A DNA stretch of 36,386 nt from the NCBI GenBank assembly GCA_965372795.1, contig CBDVDR010000026.1, positions 1 to 36,386 of the forward strand, given 5' to 3'. The translations under genes were made by a program, and so were the position numbers. The notes under the pieces are model-generated. The model was not told the DNA's origin. It did not search any database and saw only the letters and a list, made by a program, of their open reading frames with translations. The stretch comes from an uncultured bacterium (GTDB lineage Bacteria; Zixibacteria; MSB-5A5; GN15; FEB-12). Of the stretch, positions 8,602-19,575 are shown piece after piece; within the stretch, counting starts at the first letter, position 1; each line of letters opens with the position of its first letter.

Positions 8602-10347
8602 TTAAATTCTCTTTAATACAATTATAGTAAAATCATCAAAAACATGCTCAGGATTTGCGTAATTCCTGACATCTTCAAAAATTATATTTCTGATCTCTTT
8701 GGCTGATTTTTCATTATGTTTTTTAAGAATCTGTACGAGTCCATCAAGACCAAATTCATTCCCATTTGAATCAAAAACCTCCGAGACACCATCAGTATAG
8801 AATAAGAAAACATCCCCTTTATTGATAAATAGAGCCTGTTCCTGAAAGACAACCCCTCCGGTGATACCTAAAACCTGTCCACCCTCCTGCAAATACTGAA
8901 TTTCTCCGGTTTGGCGTAAAACAACCGGAAGATTATGACCACAATTTGAGAAAGTGAAAATATTATTTTTGGAATCAAGCACACCATAGACAGCAGTTAC
9001 AAAATTACCCATTGAAATCGATTCTACCAGCAAATCATTGACTTTTTGGCAAATAGTGCGAATCGAATAGTTATTTCTAATTTCAGCAATTAGAGAAGCC
9101 CGAAATGACGCCATAATCAGAGCAGCCGGGATACCTTTACCGGAAACATCGCCGATTGCAATACCAGTTTGGCTGTCAATAATGTGGATAAAATCGTAGT
9201 AATCACCACCGACCTCTTCTGAAGAAATATTTTTACCGCTGACATCATAGCCATCAATTGAAACTTTTGTCTTGGGCAGGAAACTTGCCTGAATCTGACG
9301 GGCAATTTTTAATTGTTGTTCGATTTGGCGGCTGTTTAAAACCTGTTGATGAAGTCGGGCTCGGTCGATTGAGATACCGGCATGAGATGCAAAGGCTGAT
9401 AAAAGATTTACATCATCCTGAGTGTAGGCATTTTTTTCATTAGATTCCAAATTTAGTACGCCGACAACTCGATCCTCCAAAAGAATAGGCAGAACTATTT
9501 CACTGTTAGTCTCCGAGCGACTGTTTATATACCGCTTATCTTTGGAAACATCAGGAACAATAATGGCTTTACCGCTATGGGCAACAAATCCAACTAAGCC
9601 CTGCCCCATTTTAAGATGTAACTCTTTTTCGGGTATTGCTCCATATCCAATAGAATATATAGAATCTACATCGCTGTTATCCGGTTCAATGACAAAAATA
9701 CCGCAAGCGTCATAATATATGACTTGTTTTAACGATTCAAGAATTTTCCGTAAAACTTCATCAAGACTCAACGGTCCGGATAATTCTTTACCAATTTCAT
9801 AGAGCAGATCTTTTTCAAGCACCTGTTTCTTGAGTTGTCGATATAAATTAGCATTATCAATCGCAACGGCGAGTTGGTTAGACAGACCAATTAAAACATC
9901 CATATCATCTTCAGAAAAATCACCATCAATTTTGTTAAATGCTTTTACAACTCCGATCATCTGACCTTTGCCAATTAATGGAAGAGTTAATACCGAACGA
10001 ATATCCATTCCGGTTTGGTTATTAAGATAGCTATCGTACGATTTATCATTCACAGCATCATTTATAATAGCCGGTTCTTTAAATTTAGCAACCCAACTAC
10101 CGACTTCCTGTCCGACTTCCCTTTCGAAAATTTTCATTTCACAATCATTTTTATCCATAAACCGTACTCGCATATTGGTACGATCATGATCAACCCGGAA
10201 TGCCACCGCGGCTTCGCAATTAACGGCTGTCATAACAAGTTTTAGAATCTGCTCCAGCAATTCTTCATATTCAATGGTAGAATTGAATATCCGGGCAGCC
10301 TCTAATAATAATTTTTCTGTTTTAGTATGATTTGTATGCTGTTTCAT
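8602..10347 (-). CDS. GAF-GAF-PP2C (SpoIIE/RsbU-type) Ser phosphatase
   Basis: Two GAF domains; ARQIQASFLP, VGGDYYD, GDVSGKG, YTDGV, DDFT motifs. Confidence 0.93.
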   Translation of the reverse strand: MKQHTNHTKTEKLLLEAARIFNSTIEYEELLEQILKLVMTAVNCEAAVAFRVDHDRTNMRVRFMDKNDCEMKIFEREVGQEVGSWVAKFKEPAIINDAVNDKSYDSYLNNQTGMDIRSVLTLPLIGKGQMIGVVKAFNKIDGDFSEDDMDVLIGLSNQLAVAIDNANLYRQLKKQVLEKDLLYEIGKELSGPLSLDEVLRKILESLKQVIYYDACGIFVIEPDNSDVDSIYSIGYGAIPEKELHLKMGQGLVGFVAHSGKAIIVPDVSKDKRYINSRSETNSEIVLPILLEDRVVGVLNLESNEKNAYTQDDVNLLSAFASHAGISIDRARLHQQVLNSRQIEQQLKIARQIQASFLPKTKVSIDGYDVSGKNISSEEVGGDYYDFIHIIDSQTGIAIGDVSGKGIPAALIMASFRASLIAEIRNNYSIRTICQKVNDLLVESISMGNFVTAVYGVLDSKNNIFTFSNCGHNLPVVLRQTGEIQYLQEGGQVLGITGGVVFQEQALFINKGDVFLFYTDGVSEVFDSNGNEFGLDGLVQILKKHNEKSAKEIRNIIFEDVRNYANPEHVFDDFTIIVLKRI

Positions 10348-10380
10348 TAATAGAAAAACCCCAAACAGATATTGCAGTAA

Positions 10381-10635
10381 TTAGTCATTATCGATTTCTA
10401 CTTCACCAGTTCCTTTACGAACAAAATTATCCCAAAAAAATAACCGTTCATTATCACGGGCTTCAATAAATGCCATCGCCGCTTCCATATACTCCATTTC
10501 GTTCACATCATCAGTATGGGCTACATTAAAACTTTGAAGATCCTTAAGAGCTTTATGTAAAGGTACTAATTCTTTATACCATTTAGAACGCAATAAAGGA
10601 TCGTTCAATTTTTCGAGAATCAAACTGCCTTTCAA
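10381..10635 (-). CDS. Hypothetical protein (84 aa)
   Basis: AGGAGG RBS before TTG; co-oriented with and 33 bp upstream of the phosphatase. Confidence 0.65.
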   Translation of the reverse strand: MKGSLILEKLNDPLLRSKWYKELVPLHKALKDLQSFNVAHTDDVNEMEYMEAAMAFIEARDNERLFFWDNFVRKGTGEVEIDND

Positions 10636-11098
10636 AATATCCTCCTTTTCTTTGTTCTATAATACTTCCGGTTTATTCCGGGGTCAAACAAATCATTAAG
10701 TTATTTAGTACGCAATGTTGGAACCAAATTCTGTCAGGGGTATGAAAATATGACATTCTCACTATTTGACATATAAGCTTTCAATTTCTTGGTACTGAAT
10801 AAGTTAGGACGTTTAAGTGAAAATCCAATATTTTTCTGACAAAATTCGAATTATAAACATGATAATAAAAAGTACAAACATAGAAAATACTATCTATTTA
10901 ACCTAAAGTATAACGCAATTCCTTCGAGAATAGTAAAAAGTCAATAAATAAGATTTATAGAATTAAATCATTAATAAAAAGGGGAGCTAATGTTCAAAAA
11001 CCCGGAATTTACTATATCAATTATAGTAATGATCACGCCAACACTCAATAAATAGTGTTTGGAAATTATTTTTTAAAAAAATCAAAAGGGAAAATAGT

Positions 11099-13108
11099 AT
11101 GAAGTGGACTATTAAAAACAAACTATTTGCCGGTTTCGGTATTGTTTTAGCCGTCTTACTAACTATTGGCGGGATAGGCTTAAACCAAAGTGCTAATAAT
11201 GTTGAAATGGCAGATGTTAATATGGTCGCCGCGCTTAATGCTGCTGATGGCGCCATGGAATCAAGAATTAATTATTTGAAATTTATCTGGGCTGTAACTG
11301 AAGGCTCTACTGATTTTGATGAAGATGCTCAAATTGAATCATTGGAAAGAAGATCGGGAATTAAAGAAGCATTCGCTGAAACAGTTGAACTTCTGGTCAA
11401 ATCAGGAATTTGCTCTGATAAAATTATTGATGAAATTAATGATGATTTCGCCGGTATGCTTATTGAAGGCAATAAGCTGGTCGAATATTCAAAATTGAAA
11501 AAAGAAGAAATGGAAGAGATTGATGGCGATGTTGTAAATTTCGTTAATCATTTAATTAGTAATGGAGCTTCTGCTAAAGATGTTGACCTTATTTGGTCAT
11601 TTACTATGGCTGTCAATGATTATGCTGCTTATCCTTCTCCTGAAGTAAAAGAAGAATATGATGTTCTTTATAGCAAAATTAAAAATACAAACTATTCTAA
11701 TGGCAAGTCAACTCTTATGAGTGAAGCTGTACTTGCTATTGCAGCTGAACTAATGGAAACTACTGATAAATGGCTTGATTCCAGAGAGTCATTTGATGTT
11801 TATGCTGAAGCTTTGGATGCTGCAATGGAAGTAGTTGAAGAGGGTGACGATACTTTTACCGGTGCTGATGAGTTTGTTGACATTCAGGTCACAACCTTAG
11901 GAGATGAAGCCCGTTTTGCTCAGACCGAGTTTATGATACTTCTTATTGTAGGTTTATTAGTTGGTGTCCTCACTGCCTGGTTTATTGCTAATATGATTAC
12001 AAAACCAATTCAGGCTGTAACTGAAATTTCAAAACATATCGCTCTGGGTGATGTTCAACAGGATATCACAATTAACTCAAAAGATGAAATTGGTGATTTG
12101 GCGAATGCCTTTAGAGATATGATTGCTTATATGACTAATCTGTCAAAAGCTGCTGAAAGTATTGCTAAAAATGATCTTACTTTTAATGTAGTACCTAAAT
12201 CTGAAAAAGACATTTTAGGTAATTCATTTAAAACTATGATTACCAATCTTTCCGCAATTGTTTCTGAATTAAATGGAAGTTCCAATGATGTTGCCTCAGC
12301 TGCGGCTGAAATTTCTACTTCGGCGGAACAGATTTCCAGATCAGCTGAAAATCAGGAACAACAGGTTACTCTGGTTTCAACTGCTGTTGAAGAAATGACA
12401 GCCACAATTGTTGAATCTTCCAAAAATGCTGCTGATGCCTCAGACGGCGCCAAAGGTGCCGCTGATACTGCCGGTACCGGTGGTCAGATTGTAAGTGACA
12501 CAATTGAAGGCATGAATAGAATAGCAACGGTCGTTCGTGAATCTGCTGAAAACATCAATAAATTATCCACTTCTGCTGATCAGATTGGTGAAATCATTGC
12601 TGTTATTGATGATATCGCCGACCAAACTAACCTTCTCGCTTTGAATGCTGCGATTGAAGCTGCCCGTGCCGGTGAACAGGGACGCGGTTTTGCCGTTGTG
12701 GCTGATGAAGTTAGAAAATTGGCTGAAAGAACCGGGAAAGCAACCGGTGAAATCACTGATATGATCAAAGGTATACAAGAGGGAACTCAGGAAGCTGTTA
12801 CCTCAATGGAAACCGGAACCAACGAAGTTAACGCCGGTCGTGACCTGGCTGATAAAGCCGGCAATAGCCTTAGTGAAGTTGTCACCGGTGCTGAACGCGT
12901 TATGGATATGATTCAGCAGATCGCTACCGCTTCAGAACAGCAATCAGTTGCTGCTGAAGAGATTTCCAAAAATATCGAACAGGTTGCCTCAGCGACAAGA
13001 GAATCAGCCGCTGGTTCTCAACAAGCTGCCTCTGCTGCTGAACAACTGAACCGTAATGCTGAAAGTCTCAAAGGGATCGTTTCAAAATTCAAATTAACTG
13101 AAGTCTAA
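11099..13108 (+). CDS. Methyl-accepting chemotaxis protein
   Basis: Two TMs, acidic periplasmic helical domain, [42 protein letters not shown]. Confidence 0.96.
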   Translation: MKWTIKNKLFAGFGIVLAVLLTIGGIGLNQSANNVEMADVNMVAALNAADGAMESRINYLKFIWAVTEGSTDFDEDAQIESLERRSGIKEAFAETVELLVKSGICSDKIIDEINDDFAGMLIEGNKLVEYSKLKKEEMEEIDGDVVNFVNHLISNGASAKDVDLIWSFTMAVNDYAAYPSPEVKEEYDVLYSKIKNTNYSNGKSTLMSEAVLAIAAELMETTDKWLDSRESFDVYAEALDAAMEVVEEGDDTFTGADEFVDIQVTTLGDEARFAQTEFMILLIVGLLVGVLTAWFIANMITKPIQAVTEISKHIALGDVQQDITINSKDEIGDLANAFRDMIAYMTNLSKAAESIAKNDLTFNVVPKSEKDILGNSFKTMITNLSAIVSELNGSSNDVASAAAEISTSAEQISRSAENQEQQVTLVSTAVEEMTATIVESSKNAADASDGAKGAADTAGTGGQIVSDTIEGMNRIATVVRESAENINKLSTSADQIGEIIAVIDDIADQTNLLALNAAIEAARAGEQGRGFAVVADEVRKLAERTGKATGEITDMIKGIQEGTQEAVTSMETGTNEVNAGRDLADKAGNSLSEVVTGAERVMDMIQQIATASEQQSVAAEEISKNIEQVASATRESAAGSQQAASAAEQLNRNAESLKGIVSKFKLTEV

Positions 13109-13120
13109 AAATGAGATAAT

Positions 13121-13153
13121 AAACAGAGAGTGATATTTTCACTCTCTGTTTTA
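13121..13153 (+). terminator. Terminator-like hairpin between mcp and cheW
   Basis: AAACAGAGAGTGA-tattt-TCACTCTCTGTTT then TT. Confidence 0.6.
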
Positions 13154-13166
13154 TAAGGATATTATT

Positions 13167-13673
13167 ATGAGTCAAATAAATACTCAAAATACAACAGATG
13201 AGCTGATACAGCTCGTATCATTCAAACTTGGACAGGAAGAATACGGCGTCGATATTCTCCGGGTCCAGGAAATAAATCGGATGGTGGAAATAACTAAAGT
13301 TCCACAGGCACCGTTCTATTGTGAAGGCGTTATAAACCTTCGCGGAAAAGTGATTCCGGTTATTGACTTAAGGAAAAAGTTTGAAATAGAAGTTACTGAG
13401 TGGGATAAAAACACTCGCATTATCGTTTGTGACGTCAATGGGGTTGTTGTTGGAATGATTGTTGATGCCGTTGAAGAAGTTCTTCGTATCCCCGGCTCAA
13501 CCGTTGAACCGGCTCCGGAAATTGTAACGACTGTTAATTCAGATTACATTAATGGTGTCGCCAAACTCGATGACCGCCTTTTAATCTTCTTAGACATCTC
13601 AAAAATTGCCAATGAAGTAAATGAAGCAATTGAGCCGAGCCATTCAGAAGAAGAATTATTGCAAACAGTATAA
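13167..13673 (+). CDS. cheW: Chemotaxis coupling protein CheW
   Basis: QLVSFKLGQEEYGVDILRVQEI, GVINLRGKVIPVIDLR, GMIVDAV. Confidence 0.96.
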   Translation: MSQINTQNTTDELIQLVSFKLGQEEYGVDILRVQEINRMVEITKVPQAPFYCEGVINLRGKVIPVIDLRKKFEIEVTEWDKNTRIIVCDVNGVVVGMIVDAVEEVLRIPGSTVEPAPEIVTTVNSDYINGVAKLDDRLLIFLDISKIANEVNEAIEPSHSEEELLQTV

Positions 13674-13701
13674 TTTCGATATTTCATACTTTATTATATT
13701 T

Positions 13702-13732
13702 GGGTAAGTTTCTTACGAAGCTTACCCTTTTT
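13702..13732 (+). terminator. Rho-independent terminator
   Basis: GGGTAAGTTTC-ttac-GAAGCTTACCC followed by TTTTT. Confidence 0.75.
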
Positions 13733-13955
13733 ATTTAATAAGTAAGATATTGATTCACCGGGTTGGTTCACTAATTTTATTACGAGCATCTTTATAGTCC
13801 TCATTACTAAATCATCAAGTACAAACTTTAAAAATTCCTTTCTCAAATTTATATTCCAATGATAAATACTTTAATGAGCACAATCTCTTATTTTCGAGCC
13901 TTGTGATGACATTTACCCGGTACTTTTTATTTGGAAATAACGGTCTTTGTTTCTA

Positions 13956-13984
13956 TTGACATTAAGTTTTGAGTATGATATAAT
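13956..13984 (+). promoter_or_regulatory. Consensus sigma70 promoter
   Basis: TTGACA-N17-TATAAT with extended TGn, upstream of the FkbM gene. Confidence 0.8.
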
Positions 13985-14041
13985 AAAGTGAGTATTGTTT
14001 TACAGTAAATGTTAAGCAGTTAATCGCATCTCAAGGGAAAT

Positions 14042-14866
14042 ATGAAAATAAAGAATTTATTCCAACTACTCGGTATACGCAGTAAATCCCGGCATTATAA
14101 ATATGAGATGAATGACTTTGATTTAGGTAACGGAACCATTGTGCATTATGCCCAATGGTTACATCCGAGTGAATCGAAAAAGTCAATTACTCCTGCCATG
14201 GTTGATGCTTTCAGGGATATTTTGAATGAAGGAGATTTTTGTATTGATATTGGTGCCCATACCGGCGATTCAACTCTCCCGATAGCATTGGCTGTGGGAA
14301 AAACCGGATGTGTTTTGGCGCTTGAGCCTAACCCGTTTGTATACCATGTACTTGAAAAAAATGCCCGATCCAACAATCATATTGTAAATATAAAAACAAT
14401 GATGGCGGCCGCTACCACCAAAGAAGGATTTAAAAAATTTGAATATTCTGATTCAGGATATTGTAACGGCGGGCACCACAAAAATATATCAGTTTTAAAA
14501 CACGGACACGCTTTCCCTTTAGAAGTGTTTTGTATTGATATGGAAGAAAACCTTTGTGAAGATTTTTACGAATTTCTTCCCCGTTTAAAATTTATCAAAG
14601 TTGATACTGAAGGTTATGACCTGTATGTTCTCAAATCAATGATAAATATTTTAAAGACTTACAAACCGATTGTTAAAGCTGAGATCTTTAAAAAAACTAA
14701 CAGAAAATATCGACAAGAGCTTCTTTTATTATTTCAAAACCTTGATTATTCTATTTTTAAAATATCAGAGGAACCGATTAGTTCGGGACCACGCTTGACT
14801 GAAGAAAATCTGGAAGATTGGAAACACTACGATATTTTATGCCTGCCGAATAATTCTAATAAGTAA
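14042..14866 (+). CDS. FkbM family SAM methyltransferase
   Basis: IDIGAHTG, ALEPNP and FIKVDTEGYD motifs. Confidence 0.9.
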   Translation: MKIKNLFQLLGIRSKSRHYKYEMNDFDLGNGTIVHYAQWLHPSESKKSITPAMVDAFRDILNEGDFCIDIGAHTGDSTLPIALAVGKTGCVLALEPNPFVYHVLEKNARSNNHIVNIKTMMAAATTKEGFKKFEYSDSGYCNGGHHKNISVLKHGHAFPLEVFCIDMEENLCEDFYEFLPRLKFIKVDTEGYDLYVLKSMINILKTYKPIVKAEIFKKTNRKYRQELLLLFQNLDYSIFKISEEPISSGPRLTEENLEDWKHYDILCLPNNSNK

Positions 14867-14947
14867 TCATCTTCAAATTTTCATTTAATTAAGTTAGTTA
14901 CGTAATCCTTAAAATTTTTAAATATATAAATAAATTCTTCAAATTAG

Positions 14948-14977
14948 TTCCCACTGACAGATATGTCATAGTTGTAA
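14948..14977 (+). promoter_or_regulatory. TGACA-N4-TGNCA palindromic box, copy 1
   Basis: TTCCCACTGACAGATATGTCATAGTTGTAA; 24/30 identical to 18227-18256. Confidence 0.5.
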
Positions 14978-15312
14978 TTAAGAAATTTAATAAATTTGTA
15001 ATAATGTGATTAAATTATATATTTTTTCTTTAAATTAGGACAATATACACCAAATATATCTATTTTCATTTGCGTATCAATATCAAATAACATAAATTTG
15101 TATTCAAATAACCAACAAGTAAAAAAATAAAACTTTCAACAGGTAATCGCATTGCCAGTTGTCAAATGCAAACAGCTTGTATTACGATTATTGAAACATC
15201 TCAATTTATATTAATGATTACCCTTATAGCATAAACAGCAAAGGAGGTAAGAACGGAAAATTTCTTAATTTTAATTTAACAGGATGAAGATTAAACTCTT
15301 ATTGGAGGATTT

Positions 15313-18018
15313 ATGAAAAAGTATCTCACCACTTTTTTAGTAATTATTTTCTTGTTTACAAATTTTGTATTTGCTGACAAGTTTGCAAATGTTGACCAAC
15401 AGTTGTATATAAATGAAGGTTCATCGTTTGTAGGGTATGTTGAAGATCAAATTATTGTCGTTTTAAAAGAAGGTGTCACAGTTGATCACTCTAAAGACCG
15501 GGGATCTTCTGTTGCATTGAGTACCCTGGCTGGATTTGATAATCTGGCGAAGCAATTTGAAGTTCATCAGCTAAAACCGATGTTTACCGGATCTGATAAT
15601 CAATCAAAAGCATTATCATCACCAGATTATAATAAACTCTCCCGTTATTATAAAATTCAGTTCAACAATGGCAATTTGGATGAAGTCATAGCAGCCTACG
15701 AGGCTCTCCCCCAGGTTGACCATGTTGAAAAGGATGCTATTCATTTAGTCTATGGCGAAGCTAATGATACTTATTATAAAAATCTTCCAAACCCTGATTT
15801 CCAGTTTAATCAATGGCATTACTGGGATACTTATGGTGTCAACGCTGAGACTGCCTGGGATTCATCACCCGGCGATGCCACGGTGGTTGTTGGGGTTCTT
15901 GATTCCGGGGTTCGTTATTATCACGTAGACCTGGGCGGCAGTGATGTACCGGGACCAAATGATAATGTCACTAATGGTAATATCTGGGTAAATCCTTCAG
16001 AAATTCCCGGTAACGGCATTGATGACGACGGCAACGGATATGTTGACGATGTTGTAGGTTATGATTTCTTTGAGTCAGGATATTCAGGTGTAAATTGTAT
16101 TGACACCGATTGTGGTGGTAAAGATAATGATCCGGCTGATCATAACGGTCATGGAACTCACGTTGCCGGAACGATTGCTGCGATCACAAACAACGGAACG
16201 CTTGTTGCCGGTGTTGCCGGAGGTTTCGGAAACGGTAGTGCAGCCGGTGGCGGTAATGGTGTAAAAATTGTTCCGTGCCGAATTGGTTATACGGGCAGAT
16301 ACCGAGGTCAAGAAGGCGGTTTTGTAATGATGTCAGCCGCGGCTGAGGCGATGTACTATCTTGGCAATTTAAAAGCAAGTGGTGTGAATGTCGCTGCCAT
16401 TAACTGCTCATGGGGTTCATCAAACTCCGGCGGTCTTGGTGCTGCTGCTGATTTTCTCCTTTCACAGGATGTCATGATAATTGTTGCCGCCGGTAACTCC
16501 AATTCATCATCCGCTGATTATCTTGGTAACCGAAGTGACTGTATGGATGTTGGCGCCACCGATAAAAATGGTGATCCGGCCTCATTCTCAAATTATGGTT
16601 CATGGGTAGACATTGCTGCCCCGGGTGTAGAAATTCTTAGCACCCTCCATTATAATCAGGATCCAGCCAATGATTATATTTCTGTCATGGACGGAACATC
16701 CATGGCTTGTCCGCATGTTGTTGGTGTTGCGGCTTTATTGGAATCCTTAGACCCTTCGTTAACCGCTCAGGATAAATGGGACCTAATGGTTCAAAACACA
16801 ACTTCATATAATATGTCAAAAAATGTTGGTGTTGGAATTGTCAACGCCAAAGCTGCAATGGATGCTGCCGGTCCAAATACAAATCCTCCAAGCGCAGCTT
16901 TTTCCGGAAGCCCGACTTCGGGTGACATAAGTCTCTCGGTAAGTTTCTCCGATCAGTCAACCAACAGCCCGACTTCCTGGAGTTGGAACTTTGGTGACGG
17001 TAATTCGTCAACGGCACAGAATCCGACTCATGATTATACGGTTGCCGGCACCTATACGGTTTCTTTAACGGTCTCAAATGCTTTTGGCAATGATACCCAT
17101 ACCAAAACTAATTACATTACGGCAACCCAGCCATCAAATGATCCCCCGGTTGCAAATTTCTCAAGTAACACAACCTCCGGGGATGCTCCCTTGACAGTCA
17201 ATTTTTCTGATCTTTCAACCAATGCACCATCTTCCTGGAGTTGGACCTTTGGCGATGGCGGCTCATCAATGGCACAAAATCCAAGCTATATCTATAATTC
17301 GGCTGGAACATATAATGTGTCATTAACCGCAACCAACGCTTTTGGATTCGACACAAAAACCGTCAATGGATACATAACCGTTACAGATCCACCTGTCGGC
17401 GGCACGATTCATGTTCATGATATTGTTGTCACCAGAGAAAGCAAGGGACCAAACTGGAACGGTGTAGGAACAATAACCATTTATGACAGCAACGAACAGC
17501 CGGTCGCCAATGCCAATGTAACTGTTACAGCATCAGGTCCGACCGGTGGAACCGGAACAGCAGCAACAAATGCAAACGGCGTGGTTGCGTTCCAAACTCC
17601 AAAAATCAAAAATCCATCAGGTGAATGGTGCTTTGAAGTTACTAACGTAACTCATGCCACAGACTCCTATGACTCAGGCGCCAACGAAGCTACTAATGCT
17701 TGTGAGAGCGGCATAGTCTTTGGCAGTGGGACCACAGCAGTTCTTGGATTACCGGGCTCAAATGGTTTGAATCAAAACTATCCTAACCCTTTTAATCCGA
17801 CAACTGAAGTTTCATTCAGACTGGCTTCTGCATCAATTGTTGTTCTGGAAGTATTTAACATCAAAGGACAAAAGGTCGAAGTGCTCGTTAATGGCGCTTA
17901 CGATGCAGGAAGTCATTCAGTTATGTGGGATGCTTCTGATATGCCATCGGGAGTTTATCTCTATCGCCTGACAACTGATAACTTTGTAGAAACTAAAAAA
18001 ATGATCCTGTTAAAATAA
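15313..18018 (+). CDS. Secreted S8 subtilase with propeptide, two PKD domains, an Ig-like domain and a T9SS-type-A-like C-terminal sorting domain
   Basis: Signal peptide; catalytic VLDSG, HGTHVAG, GTSMACP; WNFGDG/WTFGDG PKD repeats; NYPNPFNP...SGVYLY...KKMILLK tail. Confidence 0.93.
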   Translation: MKKYLTTFLVIIFLFTNFVFADKFANVDQQLYINEGSSFVGYVEDQIIVVLKEGVTVDHSKDRGSSVALSTLAGFDNLAKQFEVHQLKPMFTGSDNQSKALSSPDYNKLSRYYKIQFNNGNLDEVIAAYEALPQVDHVEKDAIHLVYGEANDTYYKNLPNPDFQFNQWHYWDTYGVNAETAWDSSPGDATVVVGVLDSGVRYYHVDLGGSDVPGPNDNVTNGNIWVNPSEIPGNGIDDDGNGYVDDVVGYDFFESGYSGVNCIDTDCGGKDNDPADHNGHGTHVAGTIAAITNNGTLVAGVAGGFGNGSAAGGGNGVKIVPCRIGYTGRYRGQEGGFVMMSAAAEAMYYLGNLKASGVNVAAINCSWGSSNSGGLGAAADFLLSQDVMIIVAAGNSNSSSADYLGNRSDCMDVGATDKNGDPASFSNYGSWVDIAAPGVEILSTLHYNQDPANDYISVMDGTSMACPHVVGVAALLESLDPSLTAQDKWDLMVQNTTSYNMSKNVGVGIVNAKAAMDAAGPNTNPPSAAFSGSPTSGDISLSVSFSDQSTNSPTSWSWNFGDGNSSTAQNPTHDYTVAGTYTVSLTVSNAFGNDTHTKTNYITATQPSNDPPVANFSSNTTSGDAPLTVNFSDLSTNAPSSWSWTFGDGGSSMAQNPSYIYNSAGTYNVSLTATNAFGFDTKTVNGYITVTDPPVGGTIHVHDIVVTRESKGPNWNGVGTITIYDSNEQPVANANVTVTASGPTGGTGTAATNANGVVAFQTPKIKNPSGEWCFEVTNVTHATDSYDSGANEATNACESGIVFGSGTTAVLGLPGSNGLNQNYPNPFNPTTEVSFRLASASIVVLEVFNIKGQKVEVLVNGAYDAGSHSVMWDASDMPSGVYLYRLTTDNFVETKKMILLK

Positions 18019-18050
18019 CATAATTTCATAAACAGGATTTTAAATAGAAC

Positions 18051-18083
18051 AAACCCGGTTATTCTTTATAGTAACCGGGTTTT
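18051..18083 (+). terminator. Rho-independent terminator
   Basis: AAACCCGGTTA...TAACCGGGTTTT. Confidence 0.75.
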
Positions 18084-18226
18084 CTTGTTCATTGTACCAA
18101 GAAGAAAGAAAAACATTTTATATATAAATTTATTAGCGTAATAGTTATTAACTATATTCAATCAATGAATTTTATCAGTTAAAATTATAATCAAATATTC
18201 TATTAATTATTTTTAATAAAATATAT

Positions 18227-18263
18227 TTCCCAGTGACAAATCTGCCACTGTTGTAACCGATAT
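18227..18263 (+). promoter_or_regulatory. TGACA-N4-TGNCA box, copy 2, overlapping a possible sigma28-like promoter
   Basis: CAGTGACAAATCTGCCACTG; CAAA-N15-ACCGATAT at 18237-18263. Confidence 0.4.
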
Positions 18264-18357
18264 TAATAAATGACATAATTATAATGAGATTTAAGCATCA
18301 TGGTTTACAAATATATGTGAGCACATTTATTTCATATATAAGTAACAGGAAATTACA

Positions 18358-18603
18358 ATGGATCATTATTACGTAAATGACAATCCTCTTTCAACGGGAG
18401 AGCATCAAGTACACAAAAAGAATTGTGATTTTATACCTGATAACGCAACCTATATCGGCTTACATTCTAATTGCCAAAGAGCAATTGAAAGAGCAAAAGT
18501 AACTTTTCTAAAAGTTGATGGATGTTGTCATTGTTTACCCGAATGTCATCCACAAAAAAAAAGCAGTTTCTTAACTCAGATAATTAAAAATTCCAGAAAA
18601 TAA
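18358..18603 (+). CDS. Small Cys/His-rich hypothetical protein, putative metal binder
   Basis: YYVND..GEHQVH..C...C..A...A...VDGCCHC.PECH; AGGA RBS. Confidence 0.75.
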   Translation: MDHYYVNDNPLSTGEHQVHKKNCDFIPDNATYIGLHSNCQRAIERAKVTFLKVDGCCHCLPECHPQKKSSFLTQIIKNSRK

Positions 18604-18722
18604 TTATATATTCGCAATTCTTTCAAATTCTGATAAATATCATGGAATGATAAATGAAATATTTCTGTTCAAGTTTTATACATGTTTATGATTAGGTATC
18701 CTAACCAACTCCAGCCCAACAA

Positions 18723-18749
18723 CTAACCGCAGTAATAGCAGCCACTTAC
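18723..18749 (+). repeat. TAGTAATAGCAA-type junction box
   Basis: CTAACCGCAGTAATAGCAGCCACTTAC; related to copies at 26423, 30772, 31768 and 32868. Confidence 0.5.
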
Positions 18750-18943
18750 GAATTTCACTTATTGATTGTTCTTCTTTTAATGTAGTTTTGAGAAGCATTT
18801 TCTTAATATTGAATCCTTTATATTATTACACTACTCAAACAAAATTCGAACAATTTCAGCCTAATATTATATAATGAATAATGAAAAACTTAATGAATGC
18901 TTTTTGATTGACTTTTTGTAATTTAAAACTAAATTTGTCGCAA

Positions 18944-19375
18944 ATGAAGAGAGAGCATAAAAACATAATTACATCCCGCTGGTTGAGAACCTTTATATTT
19001 CTACTATTGGCTTATTTTAGCCAAGTATACCCATTTTATCACTTACATCATTCTCACGAAGACGGTTTATTGGATTTTAAAGTAAGCTCTCATCCTATTG
19101 AAGTTGAAGTCGAACATTCATCGGATCATCATCACGATGGAGATACTCCCCAGACAGATGATCATCAGCACACTTATGATAAGCATATTGACTGGAATAA
19201 TGTAAGAATACAAAAGCCAAAAACATTAACCATTGATGATCAATATTCCTCTGCTTCAATCTCATATACCCCTACAAATAATAATTTTTCATATTTAAAA
19301 TATGAAAATTTTCTATTTATACCACATAATTATGTTTCCTCTATAATTATTCGTGGTCCTCCTTTGGTTGGGTAA
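18944..19375 (+). CDS. His-rich membrane/exported protein ending in RGPP (DUF2946-like putative arrest leader)
   Basis: N-terminal hydrophobic helix, HLHHSH and HHH..HQH clusters, C-terminal IIRGPPLVG; TTGACT-N16-TAAATT just upstream. Confidence 0.7.
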   Translation: MKREHKNIITSRWLRTFIFLLLAYFSQVYPFYHLHHSHEDGLLDFKVSSHPIEVEVEHSSDHHHDGDTPQTDDHQHTYDKHIDWNNVRIQKPKTLTIDDQYSSASISYTPTNNNFSYLKYENFLFIPHNYVSSIIIRGPPLVG

Positions 19376-19575
19376 ATCCCCCTATCCTGTTCACTTTAAA
19401 TTATAAAATTTATTGTATGCTAATTTTTTGGTAGTATCGATTATAGGCTTTCAAGGGCAGTAATCATAATTTTTTATACTACCTAAGTGAAAGGTTGCTT
19501 AAGTTTGCAAATAAAGAAAAATTATTAAATTATAATAATTTTTGCTTATAAGAATATTTTTAATGAGGTTAACTA

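Noticed and set aside
10640..11098. c-di-GMP riboswitch upstream of the MCP
   Set aside because: No GEMM-type conserved core or paired stems found by eye.
16885..17390. Internal DNA repeat in the peptidase gene
   Set aside because: Explained by two tandem PKD domains.
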